Assembly: GCA_000998425.1 (NCBI GenBank)
Contig: LCDG01000008.1
Span: 1-58,242, forward strand
Source: Candidatus Nomurabacteria bacterium GW2011_GWC2_42_20
GTDB taxonomy: Bacteria > Patescibacteriota > Minisyncoccia > Phycocordibacterales > UBA1550
Direction: 5' to 3'
Length of the DNA stretch: 58,242 nt
The notes beneath the pieces are model-generated. The model was given only the letters and a program-made list of their open reading frames with translations, was not told the DNA's origin and searched no databases. Positions 8,559 to 18,015 of this stretch are shown here, one piece after another. Position numbers and translations under genes: made by a program. Every line of letters begins with the position of its first letter. Position 1 is the first letter of the stretch.

Positions 8559-11072
8559 ATGAACTTTTCTGACTATGCCAAAAGTAACACAGAGAAAATT
8601 GCTGAGCTTTTTTCTGTAGATCCAACACGTGGGCTTTCGTCGATTGAAATAGAAGATCGGCGCCTGAAATCTGGAATGAACATCCTTGCCGAAAGCAAAA
8701 CAAGCGCCTTAAGTATTTTCTTTCGTCAGTTCAAGTCGTCATTTATATATCTTCTTTTATTTGCCACAGTGTTGTCATTCTCTCTTGGGCAAAATACTGA
8801 GGGTGTGATGATAATGATTTTTCTCTTTATCAATGCGTCGCTCGGATTTTATCAGGAATATCGCTCAGAGCAAACTATTGAGCTCCTCAGACGCTATGTC
8901 GCTACACGTGTAAAAGTAAGACGTAATGGGAAGGTCGATACTATAAATGCGAGCGAATTGGTCCCTGGGGATATAGTGATTCTCGAGGCTGGTGACGGGG
9001 TGCCAGCGGACATACGCATACTTGAGGAAACAAACCTCATCGTAAACGAGGAGCCACTAACAGGTGAATCTGTTTCTGTAAACAAGGATAGCAATCTTCA
9101 GATAAAAGATGATGTGGAATTGTATGAAGCAAAAAATATTTGTTTTTCAGGCACAACTGTTGTTTCTGGAGGAGCTGTTGGGGTAGTTTTTGCTGTAGGA
9201 AGCCAAACAATGATCGGGGGTATCGCCAGACTCGCAGGCAAAGCCACGAGGGTTAGTAAATTTGAAGAGGAGCTTGCAAAATTTAGCCGTTTCATTTTAT
9301 ATCTTGTCATTGGGACACTTGCATTCATTTTTATGATGAACATTGTCCTAAAGGGCTTTTCAACAAATATAGTCGAGCTCGCAATCTTCTCTATAGCGCT
9401 TGCTGTATCTGTGGTGCCGGAGGCCCTTCCTCTCGTTATGACATTTTCACTTTCGCGAGGGGCTAGACACCTTGCAAAAGAGCGAGTTGTGGTCAAGCGT
9501 CTGTCTGCCATAGAGGACCTCGGGAGTATTCAGATGCTCTGCAGTGACAAAACGGGCACTATTACAGAAAACAAGCTTACTGTTCACCAGACGTGTGGAG
9601 AGGATAAACGCGCTCCTATTTTTATGGGTGTTCTTGGCGGAAGGTATTTGGTCACAAAGGAGCGTGGTGGTGTCCCAGACCCATTTGATGTCGCGCTTTG
9701 GGAGGCGCTTTCCGTCGATGAGCGTGGCAAACTCACGTCCTACACCATTGTTAGCGATATCCCTTTTGACCCAATACACAAAAAGAATAGCGCAATAATA
9801 AAAGACGGCGATGACACTATTCTTATTGTTCGTGGCGCGCCAGAATCAATTATCGATATCTCTACAATATCAAACGACCAGAGTGAAAACACCAAAAAAT
9901 GGGTAGCTAGTGAGGGGCGCGCAGGTAGACGCACCATAGCGATTGCGTCTAAAAAAATTATTAATGATGATATTAGCGATACAGAATTAACATTCCTTGG
10001 ATGTGTATCATTTGTTGACCCAATAAAGGAGAGCGCAAAACAAGCAATAAAAGACGCGCAAGTGCTTGGAGTAAAAATTAAAATTTTAACAGGTGACAGT
10101 CGGGAGGTTGCTGGCACCGTGGCATATGAGGTTGGCCTTGCAAAATCCCAAGAGGACGTCCTCACCGCAAAAGAATTTTTTGCTCTTCCGGACGGGGTGC
10201 GCGAGTCAGCGCTAGAACAGACAAATGTGTTTGCACGCGTTTCTCCAGAGGAAAAGTATCGACTGATTGAGCTACTGCAAAAAAACTATCAAGTGGGCTT
10301 TCTTGGCGAGGGGATCAACGACGCTCCCGCGCTCAAAATAGCCAATGTTGCTATTGTTGTGGAGAGCGCATCAGATATTGCGCGGGAGGTTTCAGATATC
10401 ATTCTTCTTGATAATAGTCTAGAGGTTGTCGTTGGTGGAATACGCGAGGGTCGCGCAATTTTTGCAAATACTATTAAATACATCAGGAGTTCTTTATCCT
10501 CAAATTTTGGCAATTTTTATGCAGTTGCGATCTCTTCCCTCTTTATTCCATTTCTTCCAATGCTTGCCATTCAGATTCTTCTTGTAAATCTCCTGTCTGA
10601 CTTCCCTGCCATTGCTATAGCAACGGATACTGTGGACGATGCGGAGCTCCGCGAGCCACGACAATACGAGGTTGGAAAGCTTTTTGCAATGGGTACTGCT
10701 TTAGGCATAGTCTCAACAGTGTTCGACTTCATAATTTTTGCCTCATTCTACAAGTTGGGACCAGAAATTCTTCAAACACACTGGTTTATCGAAAGCATTC
10801 TAACAGAGCTTTTGTTCCTCTTCTCAATTCGTTCGCGAGGATTCTTTTTCCAAGCAAAAATGCCTTCCTTTACACTTATCGTACTTTCAGTACTTGCAGC
10901 ATCTGCGACACTGATTATTCCATTTACAGATCTTGGTCAATCATTGTTCCATTTTACAGCGCCCACTATGGCATCTCTTGGGTTTGTGCTTGGTATCGTC
11001 GCTCTGTACTTTATCACTACAGAATTTGCTAAAATGTCCTACTATCGCCTTACTAATCACGCGCAGGTCTGA
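8559..11072 (+). CDS. Cation-translocating P-type ATPase (P2/P3-like, Ca2+/Mg2+ type)
   Basis: Cation_ATPase_N-like start (GLSSIEIEDRRLKSGMNIL), PLTGES, the VPEALP TM4 motif, CSDKTGTITENKL and GEGINDAPALK, with a 10-TM-like C-terminus. Confidence 0.85.
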   Translation: MNFSDYAKSNTEKIAELFSVDPTRGLSSIEIEDRRLKSGMNILAESKTSALSIFFRQFKSSFIYLLLFATVLSFSLGQNTEGVMIMIFLFINASLGFYQEYRSEQTIELLRRYVATRVKVRRNGKVDTINASELVPGDIVILEAGDGVPADIRILEETNLIVNEEPLTGESVSVNKDSNLQIKDDVELYEAKNICFSGTTVVSGGAVGVVFAVGSQTMIGGIARLAGKATRVSKFEEELAKFSRFILYLVIGTLAFIFMMNIVLKGFSTNIVELAIFSIALAVSVVPEALPLVMTFSLSRGARHLAKERVVVKRLSAIEDLGSIQMLCSDKTGTITENKLTVHQTCGEDKRAPIFMGVLGGRYLVTKERGGVPDPFDVALWEALSVDERGKLTSYTIVSDIPFDPIHKKNSAIIKDGDDTILIVRGAPESIIDISTISNDQSENTKKWVASEGRAGRRTIAIASKKIINDDISDTELTFLGCVSFVDPIKESAKQAIKDAQVLGVKIKILTGDSREVAGTVAYEVGLAKSQEDVLTAKEFFALPDGVRESALEQTNVFARVSPEEKYRLIELLQKNYQVGFLGEGINDAPALKIANVAIVVESASDIAREVSDIILLDNSLEVVVGGIREGRAIFANTIKYIRSSLSSNFGNFYAVAISSLFIPFLPMLAIQILLVNLLSDFPAIAIATDTVDDAELREPRQYEVGKLFAMGTALGIVSTVFDFIIFASFYKLGPEILQTHWFIESILTELLFLFSIRSRGFFFQAKMPSFTLIVLSVLAASATLIIPFTDLGQSLFHFTAPTMASLGFVLGIVALYFITTEFAKMSYYRLTNHAQV

Positions 11073-11108
11073 TATACTTCAGAAATATTTGGCAAACTAA
11101 AGCAGACA

Positions 11109-12383
11109 ATGACAACAAAAACTCAGCACATTAAAAGGGTCATACAAGTAGCATTTTTTATAGCACTTAAAAATATTCAACGCGGGTCTCTTGCTGTAAA
11201 AATAGTCACTATCTCTATTTTATTGCTTACATTTTTAAACCTTACGGTTGTTGGTGGGCTACTGAACGGGATTGTTGATGATATAGGTAATAAAATAAAG
11301 AATTCATTATTTGGTGATGTGGTTATTCAGCCATCAAAAGAATATTCTTATATTCAAAATCCTGGAGAAGTTATTGATAATCTGAAAAATAATACCGATA
11401 TTTTGGCATATTCAGAGAGGCTTCTTTCAGGCGCAATCATAGAATCAGGATACAGGGAAGTTACAGGCGGTAGTGAAATTCCTCGTCGCGTTGGCGCATC
11501 ACTTGCGGGAGTTTCAGTAGACCACGAAAATCAAACAACTGACATTTCAAAAAAGATTATTGCTGGGCGCTTCCTTGCAGAGTCAGATTGGAACACAATT
11601 GTGCTTGGGTCAACCCTCACAGAGGGATATACAAAAAAGGGAGCGAGTGGTGGTGACACAACCCTTGGGCATGTTCTTATTGGTGAGAAAGTTCGAATAA
11701 AATTTAGTAACAATGTGTCGCGAGAATTCACTGTGGTTGGAATAGTCAACACAAAATCATCAGTCGTTGACCAACGAGCATACATACAGTACAAGGAGTT
11801 ACGACAAATATTAGATCTTCCAGGAAACAAATATTCTGAAATTGCCATTGTTGCAAAGGTTCCTGCAGCCTCAATATATCTTGCGGAATATCTTGGCACG
11901 AGTGTTGAAAATAAAAAAAATGATGTAAAGACATTGAATGATGCAATACCTTCTGGAGTATCTGATGTTAAAGTTGCATTCACTTTGATAGGAAATATTG
12001 TTGCTATTATCGCTGTACTCGTTGGGCTAGTAACGGTGTTTGTTATCATCTTTGTAAATGCATCAAGTAGGAGGAGGTATCTCGGAATACTAAAGGCTCA
12101 AGGTATCGACCCATCGGCGCTTATTCTTTCTTATGTTATACAAGCATTATTTTATACTGTCATTGGTATTGTACTAGGCGTGGTCGTCCTTTTTGGGTTT
12201 TTGCAGGGATATTTTGTTCAGAACCCATTATCATTACCAATGGCGGATGGAAGCCTCTTATTAGATACTTCATATCTAAGTGTTCGTGTGGTTGTCTTGC
12301 TCGTATCGACATTAATATCGGCATTTATTCCAGCGTGGTTCATTATTCGTCAAAACACATTAAACGCCATCCTAGGCAGATAG
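11109..12383 (+). CDS. ABC transporter permease, FtsX/MacB-LolC-like
   Basis: N-terminal TM helix, a large extracytoplasmic domain and three C-terminal TM helices. The next gene encodes the cognate ATPase. Confidence 0.75.
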   Translation: MTTKTQHIKRVIQVAFFIALKNIQRGSLAVKIVTISILLLTFLNLTVVGGLLNGIVDDIGNKIKNSLFGDVVIQPSKEYSYIQNPGEVIDNLKNNTDILAYSERLLSGAIIESGYREVTGGSEIPRRVGASLAGVSVDHENQTTDISKKIIAGRFLAESDWNTIVLGSTLTEGYTKKGASGGDTTLGHVLIGEKVRIKFSNNVSREFTVVGIVNTKSSVVDQRAYIQYKELRQILDLPGNKYSEIAIVAKVPAASIYLAEYLGTSVENKKNDVKTLNDAIPSGVSDVKVAFTLIGNIVAIIAVLVGLVTVFVIIFVNASSRRRYLGILKAQGIDPSALILSYVIQALFYTVIGIVLGVVVLFGFLQGYFVQNPLSLPMADGSLLLDTSYLSVRVVVLLVSTLISAFIPAWFIIRQNTLNAILGR

Positions 12384-12386
12384 AAT

Positions 12387-13067
12387 ATGATTACCGTAAA
12401 AAACATAACGAAGAATTTTACAAATGGAACAGTTGTTACCCATGTTCTACGCGGGGTTAGCCTTGAAATACCTGATGGACAATTTGTTGCCATTGTTGGA
12501 CCGTCAGGAGCCGGTAAGTCTACATTGATGTACCAAATGAGCCTTCTTGATACGCCAAATAGCGGTTCTATCTTTGTAGACGACCGAGAGATAAGCGCGC
12601 TCAATGACACAGAGGCTATAAAATATCGTCTGGAAAATTTTGGCTTTGTTTTTCAGGATTATGCCCTGATTCCAGAGCTTACCGCTCTTGAAAATGTGAC
12701 GCTACTTGGTCTAATGCAGGGCGTTGATTATAGTATTGTAAAAAAAGAAGCAACAACCATCTTGGAGTCATTTAATTTACTAAACCAAGTAGACCATTTA
12801 CCAAGTCAGCTTTCGGGCGGAGAACAGCAAAGAGTGAGTGTCGCGCGAGCAATAATTAAAAAACCAAAAATTCTTTTTGCCGATGAACCAACTGCCAGCC
12901 TAGACAGTGATATGTCTGCGCAGGTGATGAAGGTATTTTTAGATTTACACAAAAAAGGGCAGACAATTGTGATGGTCACACACGAAGAGGAATACGCAGT
13001 AATGGCAGACAGGATTATTAGAGTGAAAGACGGGCGAATTATTGATGATAAAATGCTAAAAAAATAA
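12387..13067 (+). CDS. ABC transporter ATP-binding protein (MacB/LolD type)
   Basis: Walker A GPSGAGKSTL, signature LSGGEQQRVSVARA, Walker B ILFADEPT and H-loop VTHE. Confidence 0.9.
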   Translation: MITVKNITKNFTNGTVVTHVLRGVSLEIPDGQFVAIVGPSGAGKSTLMYQMSLLDTPNSGSIFVDDREISALNDTEAIKYRLENFGFVFQDYALIPELTALENVTLLGLMQGVDYSIVKKEATTILESFNLLNQVDHLPSQLSGGEQQRVSVARAIIKKPKILFADEPTASLDSDMSAQVMKVFLDLHKKGQTIVMVTHEEEYAVMADRIIRVKDGRIIDDKMLKK

Positions 13068-13171
13068 GTTAGTTATTATACTGTCGTAAAACCTAAAAGT
13101 ATATATGCTGCATTTTGTATGATATACTATTTGTATTCTGGGTAAAATAATCAATTAGGGAACCAAAAAAC

Positions 13172-14674
13172 ATGCAATTATCAAAAAAACAAATTATTTG
13201 GGCAATTATTATCATTTCTATAGGTGTTATTTTTTTCTTTTTAAGCAACAAAAAAGAGGAGGTAACGCAAAACACAGCTACAGTAAAACGCGGAGATGTT
13301 GTTCAGGAAGTTAGTGTTACGGGAAGAGTCAAGGCAGTCTCTTCAGTAGACCTTGGGTTTGAAAAAAGTGGTCGAATTCAAAATGTTTATGTTGATGTAG
13401 GCGACCGCGTAAAACAGGGCGCCCTCCTTGCAGAGATTGAATCATCTAGTGCTCAGGCAACACTAAAGGAGACTGAGGCGCGACTTGCGGAGCTAAAGCG
13501 TGGCTCACGCCCTGAGGAAATAGCCGTCAAGGAAGCAGAATTGGCAAAATACACACAGGATCTTACTAATGCATATAGCGGTATCCCAGATATTATCGAC
13601 GATGCATTTACAAAAACTGATGATGCTCTCCATTCAAAAATCGCGGGTACGTTTTCTGGCTTCAAGACTTCATCATACAAGCTTACGTTCCCTGTGTGCG
13701 ACACACAGCTAGACGTAAATACAACATGGCTTCGCTATACTACAGAGCTTGATTTTGACAATTGGCGCAACGAAAGAAGCAACTTCTCATCAACTGGCTC
13801 ACAGTCGGAGCTAAAATCTGCCCTAGACAACACGACACTTCACCTTGAACAAATGCGTACATTCCTTGAGTCATTGAACCGCGTACTCACACTCGATTGC
13901 ACTATTGCTAGCCCAAGCCTCGACACATACAGAACAAACATAAACGCAGCTCGCGCAAATATTACAACTGCTGCAGCCACGGTGAACACAAAAGGTCAAA
14001 GTATAGCCTCACTAGCACTTTCTGTAGCAAAGGTTCAAGACGAACTCTCGCTACTAAAAGCGGGTACGGCCACAGAAGTAATCGATGCTCAGGAAGCGCG
14101 CCTGCTTTCCGCGCATGGGGAACTTCGCAAGCATAAAATTTATTCTCCGATAAGTGGCACGGTGACGAAGGTAGATGCAACAACTGGCGAGTTTGCAAAC
14201 GCCGCTACGCCTCTCATAAGCGTAATTTCCGACAACTCGTTTGAAATAGATGCGAACATACCAGAAGCCGATATAGCAAAAGTGACAATAGGAAACAAGG
14301 CGCGCATAACGCTTGATGCATATGGCTCAGACACATTCTTCGATGGCCATGTTATAACTATTAATCCTGCAGAAACTATTATAGACAACGTACCTACATA
14401 TAAAGTAACATTCGTTTTTGAAAAAAATGATCCTCGTATTAAATCTGGGATGACTGCAAACATAGACATCGCAACAGCGTCACGCACGAGTGCACTCATT
14501 GTTCCAACCCGTGCCATAATCACAAAGGACGGCAATAAGCTTGTTACTGTTATAAACGCAGATAATACAGAGACAGAAACGCATGTGACTATCGGACTAA
14601 GAGGATCTGATGGGTTCACGGAAATACTAGATGGCGTATCTCTAGGCACACAGGTCCTTACAGGTACTAAGTAA
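13172..14674 (+). CDS. HlyD/MacA-family periplasmic adaptor (membrane fusion) protein
   Basis: N-terminal TM anchor, a lipoyl-like hairpin (VKQGALLAEIESS ... ISGTVTKVD), a long coiled-coil insert and a C-terminal beta-barrel region. Confidence 0.75.
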   Translation: MQLSKKQIIWAIIIISIGVIFFFLSNKKEEVTQNTATVKRGDVVQEVSVTGRVKAVSSVDLGFEKSGRIQNVYVDVGDRVKQGALLAEIESSSAQATLKETEARLAELKRGSRPEEIAVKEAELAKYTQDLTNAYSGIPDIIDDAFTKTDDALHSKIAGTFSGFKTSSYKLTFPVCDTQLDVNTTWLRYTTELDFDNWRNERSNFSSTGSQSELKSALDNTTLHLEQMRTFLESLNRVLTLDCTIASPSLDTYRTNINAARANITTAAATVNTKGQSIASLALSVAKVQDELSLLKAGTATEVIDAQEARLLSAHGELRKHKIYSPISGTVTKVDATTGEFANAATPLISVISDNSFEIDANIPEADIAKVTIGNKARITLDAYGSDTFFDGHVITINPAETIIDNVPTYKVTFVFEKNDPRIKSGMTANIDIATASRTSALIVPTRAIITKDGNKLVTVINADNTETETHVTIGLRGSDGFTEILDGVSLGTQVLTGTK

Positions 14675-14675
14675 T

Positions 14676-15398
14676 ATGTCCTTAATAGAGGTTGAAAAAC
14701 TTACAAAAGTATATAGTGATGGTGTTACTGAAACAGCAGTTCTTCATGGCGTTTCATTTAAAATAGAACGAGGTGAGTTTGTGGCGATTATGGGTCCATC
14801 TGGCTCAGGCAAGTCTACCCTACTTCATCTTCTCGGTTTTTTGGACGACTACACTGCTGGGGCATACAAATTTGACGGAACACTCGCGCGTGAATATACA
14901 GGTGACGATATAGCTGCAATACGAAACCAGAAACTTGGTTTTGTTTTCCAATCATTCAATTTACTTCCAAACACAAGTGTTCTAGAAAATGTAAAGCTTC
15001 CACTTCTTTATTCGCCAATACCAGAGGCAGAGTGGGATGAGCGCGCCATGAATGCCATTCGTTCTGTAGGGCTGGAGCACCGCACATTCTTTGACTCAAC
15101 AAGACTTTCAGGCGGAGAGCGCCAGCGTGTTGCCATTGCTCGTGCTCTAGTCTGTAACCCGGAGGTTATTTTTGCCGACGAACCAACTGGGAATCTTGAT
15201 TCAAAATCAGGTGGAGCAGTAATTGACATTCTTCAAAAATTAAACAAGGAATTTGGGCATACTATTATCCTCATCACACACGAATCAGAGACAGCCGAGT
15301 ATGCAGAGCGCATCATTCGTATCAAGGATGGACTGATTGAGAGCGACACAATGGTCAGAGCTCAACGACGAGCAAACGGCAACGCAATAAACAAATAA
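14676..15398 (+). CDS. ABC transporter ATP-binding protein (MacB type)
   Basis: [36 protein letters not shown] and ITHE. The ATG is 1 nt after the adaptor gene stop. Confidence 0.9.
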   Translation: MSLIEVEKLTKVYSDGVTETAVLHGVSFKIERGEFVAIMGPSGSGKSTLLHLLGFLDDYTAGAYKFDGTLAREYTGDDIAAIRNQKLGFVFQSFNLLPNTSVLENVKLPLLYSPIPEAEWDERAMNAIRSVGLEHRTFFDSTRLSGGERQRVAIARALVCNPEVIFADEPTGNLDSKSGGAVIDILQKLNKEFGHTIILITHESETAEYAERIIRIKDGLIESDTMVRAQRRANGNAINK

Positions 15399-15399
15399 A

Positions 15400-16635
15400 A
15401 TGATAATCAAGCATAGCATCAAAACTGCATTTCGAGGACTAGAAACAAACAGAGCACGCTCGCTACTTACTGTGCTTGGTATTGTTATAGGTGTTATGTC
15501 TATTATTCTCGTTATGTCGCTTGGGCAAGGCGCGCAGAGCCTCATTCTTGACCAGGTAAAAGGTATGGGGACAAGAACTATTATTGTTGGCGCAGGGCGT
15601 GAACCTACAGGACCATCGGATGCGGCACAAATATTTAATGATTCACTAAAAAAACGAGATCTTGACCTACTGCTACGTAAAGAGAATACGCCAAGCTCAA
15701 AATATATAATGCCACTTGTTTTCGGAGCATCTAGCGCTTCGTATCAAAGTGACACATTCAACCTAACGATTTTTGGGGCCTCCCCTCTCATGGAAAATAT
15801 ATTTGATATGCCTATCAAGGATGGTTCATTTTTTACTGACGAAGATATCCGCGCGAGAGCAAAGTATGTCGTTATTGGCAATAAAGTAAAAAAAGAACTT
15901 TTTGGTTCTGACGATGCAGTTGGAAGAGTATTCAAAATGAAAGGTCATAATTTTAGAGTCATTGGTGTTCTTGCAGAACGTGGGCAAGATTTTTTCAATT
16001 TTGACGAAGCGGCTATCATCCCATATACCACAGCTCAGGATTATGTTCTTGGTATCAAGCATTTCAATCGTCTCATCGTCGAGGCAGAGAGCGAGGCACT
16101 TATCAATACAGCCGCAGAGGAGATCAAGTTAACCCTGCGCGAATCGCATGATATTACCGACCCAGACAAGGATGACTTTTTTGTAATCACCCAGGTAGAC
16201 CTCGCTGGGCGTCTTTCATCTATTACTTCTGTTCTTACAATATTTCTAGCTGCAGTAGCGGCAATTTCGCTTGTTGTAGGCGGTATAGGGATAATGAACA
16301 TCATGCTGGTTTCTGTTACTGAGCGCACGAAAGAGATCGGCCTTCGCAAAGCGCTTGGGGCAACATACAAGGATATCCTTACACAATTTCTTCTTGAGGC
16401 AGTGATGCTCACTGGACTAGGAGGATTAATTGGTATTTTATTGGGAGCATTTTTATCATGGGTAATATCGAATAGCATCACACAATTTACTGCGATTGCT
16501 TGGACATTTAGCTTTCCAATTTCAGCAGCGCTCTTAGGCATTGGGGTGTCTGGTGCAATAGGGCTAATCTTTGGTCTCTACCCTGCCCGCAAAGCTGCTC
16601 GAAAAAGCCCGATTGAAGCCCTTCGCTACGAATAA
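15400..16635 (+). CDS. ABC transporter permease, MacB-like (FtsX domain with periplasmic core domain)
   Basis: TM1 followed by a ~230-aa extracytoplasmic domain and an FtsX 3-TM bundle (TERTKEIGLRKALGA motif). Confidence 0.85.
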   Translation: MIIKHSIKTAFRGLETNRARSLLTVLGIVIGVMSIILVMSLGQGAQSLILDQVKGMGTRTIIVGAGREPTGPSDAAQIFNDSLKKRDLDLLLRKENTPSSKYIMPLVFGASSASYQSDTFNLTIFGASPLMENIFDMPIKDGSFFTDEDIRARAKYVVIGNKVKKELFGSDDAVGRVFKMKGHNFRVIGVLAERGQDFFNFDEAAIIPYTTAQDYVLGIKHFNRLIVEAESEALINTAAEEIKLTLRESHDITDPDKDDFFVITQVDLAGRLSSITSVLTIFLAAVAAISLVVGGIGIMNIMLVSVTERTKEIGLRKALGATYKDILTQFLLEAVMLTGLGGLIGILLGAFLSWVISNSITQFTAIAWTFSFPISAALLGIGVSGAIGLIFGLYPARKAARKSPIEALRYE

Positions 16636-16699
16636 ATAGAGCTTTGGTAAATGCTAAGTAGCTACTGTAACATTACAATACTACGTATTAAAATCTATA

Positions 16700-16737
16700 A
16701 TTCCCAAATATGGTACTATCGTACCATATTTGGGAAT
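16700..16737. promoter_or_regulatory. 38-bp palindrome, copy 1 (attcccaaatatggtac-tatc-gtaccatatttgggaat)
   Basis: 17-bp perfect inverted arms at 16700-16716 and 16721-16737. It is nearly identical to the copy at 17350-17389. It lies 3' of the PaaX-like gene, between that gene and the convergent ABC permease gene. Confidence 0.7.
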
Positions 16738-16790
16738 ACCAACTAGGTCTGGCGATATTCTATAATTCTCCATATTGCGAATATTAATAT

Positions 16791-17345
16791 TTAAATATTA
16801 AAATGTTTCCTGATACAATTAACACCCTCAACATCATTTGCGGTAATGATCCGAATATGTTTTCGCACACCATAACACTCTCCGGCAAAATCAATCTCTT
16901 TTGAGCACGAGTACGGCGTGATAAATACAGATTTTTGATATTGGAGGCATCCAAGTTTCTGAATAGCATGCCCGATAGAGCGCCGTGCAAGTTTCTTGTC
17001 TTCAGGAATATCAAACATGACTATTCTCCATAAACCGTCCCATTTTGGTGGACGCTCAATTGTCATTGACTTTAGTTTGTACCGCATCGCTCGCTCCCTG
17101 CCAGTTGATGTAAGTGTGTAATATTCCTCTCCTTGCACTCTCTTTCTTCTTACAAAGCCACGTTTTTCGAGACTAGAAACAGACCTTCTCATATGCCATT
17201 GTTCCTTTGGTGTCCTTTTCCCGAAGTACTTGAAAAGCTGCACTGCATTAGGCATAGTGACAGCAACCGCGAGCACGCCAACTGTTAATAGTGTCGAGAA
17301 TACGATTTCCAGAACATCATCCTTTGTTGTATTTTTCATAGCCAT
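16791..17345 (-). CDS. PaaX-like regulator (N-terminal hydrophobic segment, winged-HTH, Cas2-fold middle domain)
   Basis: wHTH-like SVSSLEKRGFVRRKRVQGEEYYTLTSTG, followed by WDGLWRIVMFDIPEDKKLARRSIGHAIQKLGCLQYQKSVFITPY. This matches the W-G-W-xV-FDIPE...R...L...G...Q-SV pattern of PaaX-family / Cas2-fold proteins. Confidence 0.6.
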   Translation of the reverse strand: MAMKNTTKDDVLEIVFSTLLTVGVLAVAVTMPNAVQLFKYFGKRTPKEQWHMRRSVSSLEKRGFVRRKRVQGEEYYTLTSTGRERAMRYKLKSMTIERPPKWDGLWRIVMFDIPEDKKLARRSIGHAIQKLGCLQYQKSVFITPYSCSKEIDFAGECYGVRKHIRIITANDVEGVNCIRKHFNI

Positions 17346-17349
17346 GGTT

Positions 17350-17389
17350 AATTCCCAAATATGGTACTATAGTACCATATTTGGGAATT
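17350..17389. promoter_or_regulatory. 40-bp perfect palindrome, copy 2 (aattcccaaatatggtactatagtaccatatttgggaatt), candidate operator
   Basis: The sequence equals its own reverse complement over 40 bp. It ends 4 nt upstream of the ATG (17345) of the PaaX-like gene. Its centre, tggtactatagtacca, contains extended -10-like TGGTACTAT on both strands. Confidence 0.7.
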
Positions 17390-17561
17390 TAATGTAGTAA
17401 TAATATTTTGAATTGATGATGTAGAGAATTGTGGAATAAAACCAAAAAAGAATGTGCGAAATATTGGCCAAATCTCCATTAGCCATAACGTTCGTTGGAA
17501 CAATTTAGAGAGAATATTGTAATGTGGAGCCAAACGGCAATAAACATATTGCGTATACAAC

Positions 17562-18008
17562 TTATATCTCCGTCCAAACTGTTTGAGCTGTGCTAGTTGC
17601 GATTAAACCGCTACTGTCAATTACTACACTTACCTGTATCGTACGCGTGCTTGATTTCATTATACCTTTTGATGTTATGACCTTGGGGTCACCTGTAGTT
17701 CCAACACCTCCGCTTACAGACACTTTTGCGCAGTCGTTTCCAGAACTACATCCATTTGAACTAAAATCTATCGTATAGCAGTCAACAGCACTGCATGTAT
17801 AATTTTTTTTGCGCGCGATTTTTACAAGAGCATCTCTAGCGCCTGCCTCAGCATAAAAATGCGCTCGCGAAGACTGAGACCCGCCCTGGGATATAAAAAG
17901 CTCTGTATAGGAAAGGGTCGTCACACTCACAGCCACTACGAGCGCCATTACACCAAGTACCATTACAGTAGGAAGTGTAGCGACTCCATGTTTTAGTGAT
18001 TTTTTCAT
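17562..18008 (-). CDS. PilX-like / minor pseudopilin-like protein
   Basis: The N-terminus MKKSLKHGVATLPTVMVLGVMALVVAVSV is a hydrophobic pilin-type helix of the PilX_N style, without the canonical GFTLxE. It is the last gene of the pseudopilin operon. Confidence 0.5.
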   Translation of the reverse strand: MKKSLKHGVATLPTVMVLGVMALVVAVSVTTLSYTELFISQGGSQSSRAHFYAEAGARDALVKIARKKNYTCSAVDCYTIDFSSNGCSSGNDCAKVSVSGGVGTTGDPKVITSKGIMKSSTRTIQVSVVIDSSGLIATSTAQTVWTEI

Positions 18009-18015
18009 ATATCCT

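Noticed and set aside
16791-17345. Cas2 endonuclease
   Set aside because: The WRIVMFDIPE...QKSVF core is Cas2-fold-like. However, the protein has an N-terminal wHTH, which is the PaaX-type arrangement. There is no cas1, and the flanking palindromes are two copies only, not an array.
17348-17560. 70-aa minus-strand ORF between the pseudopilin operon and the PaaX-like gene
   Set aside because: It reads through the 40-bp palindrome and has an odd composition and no start context. The region is better treated as non-coding regulatory DNA.
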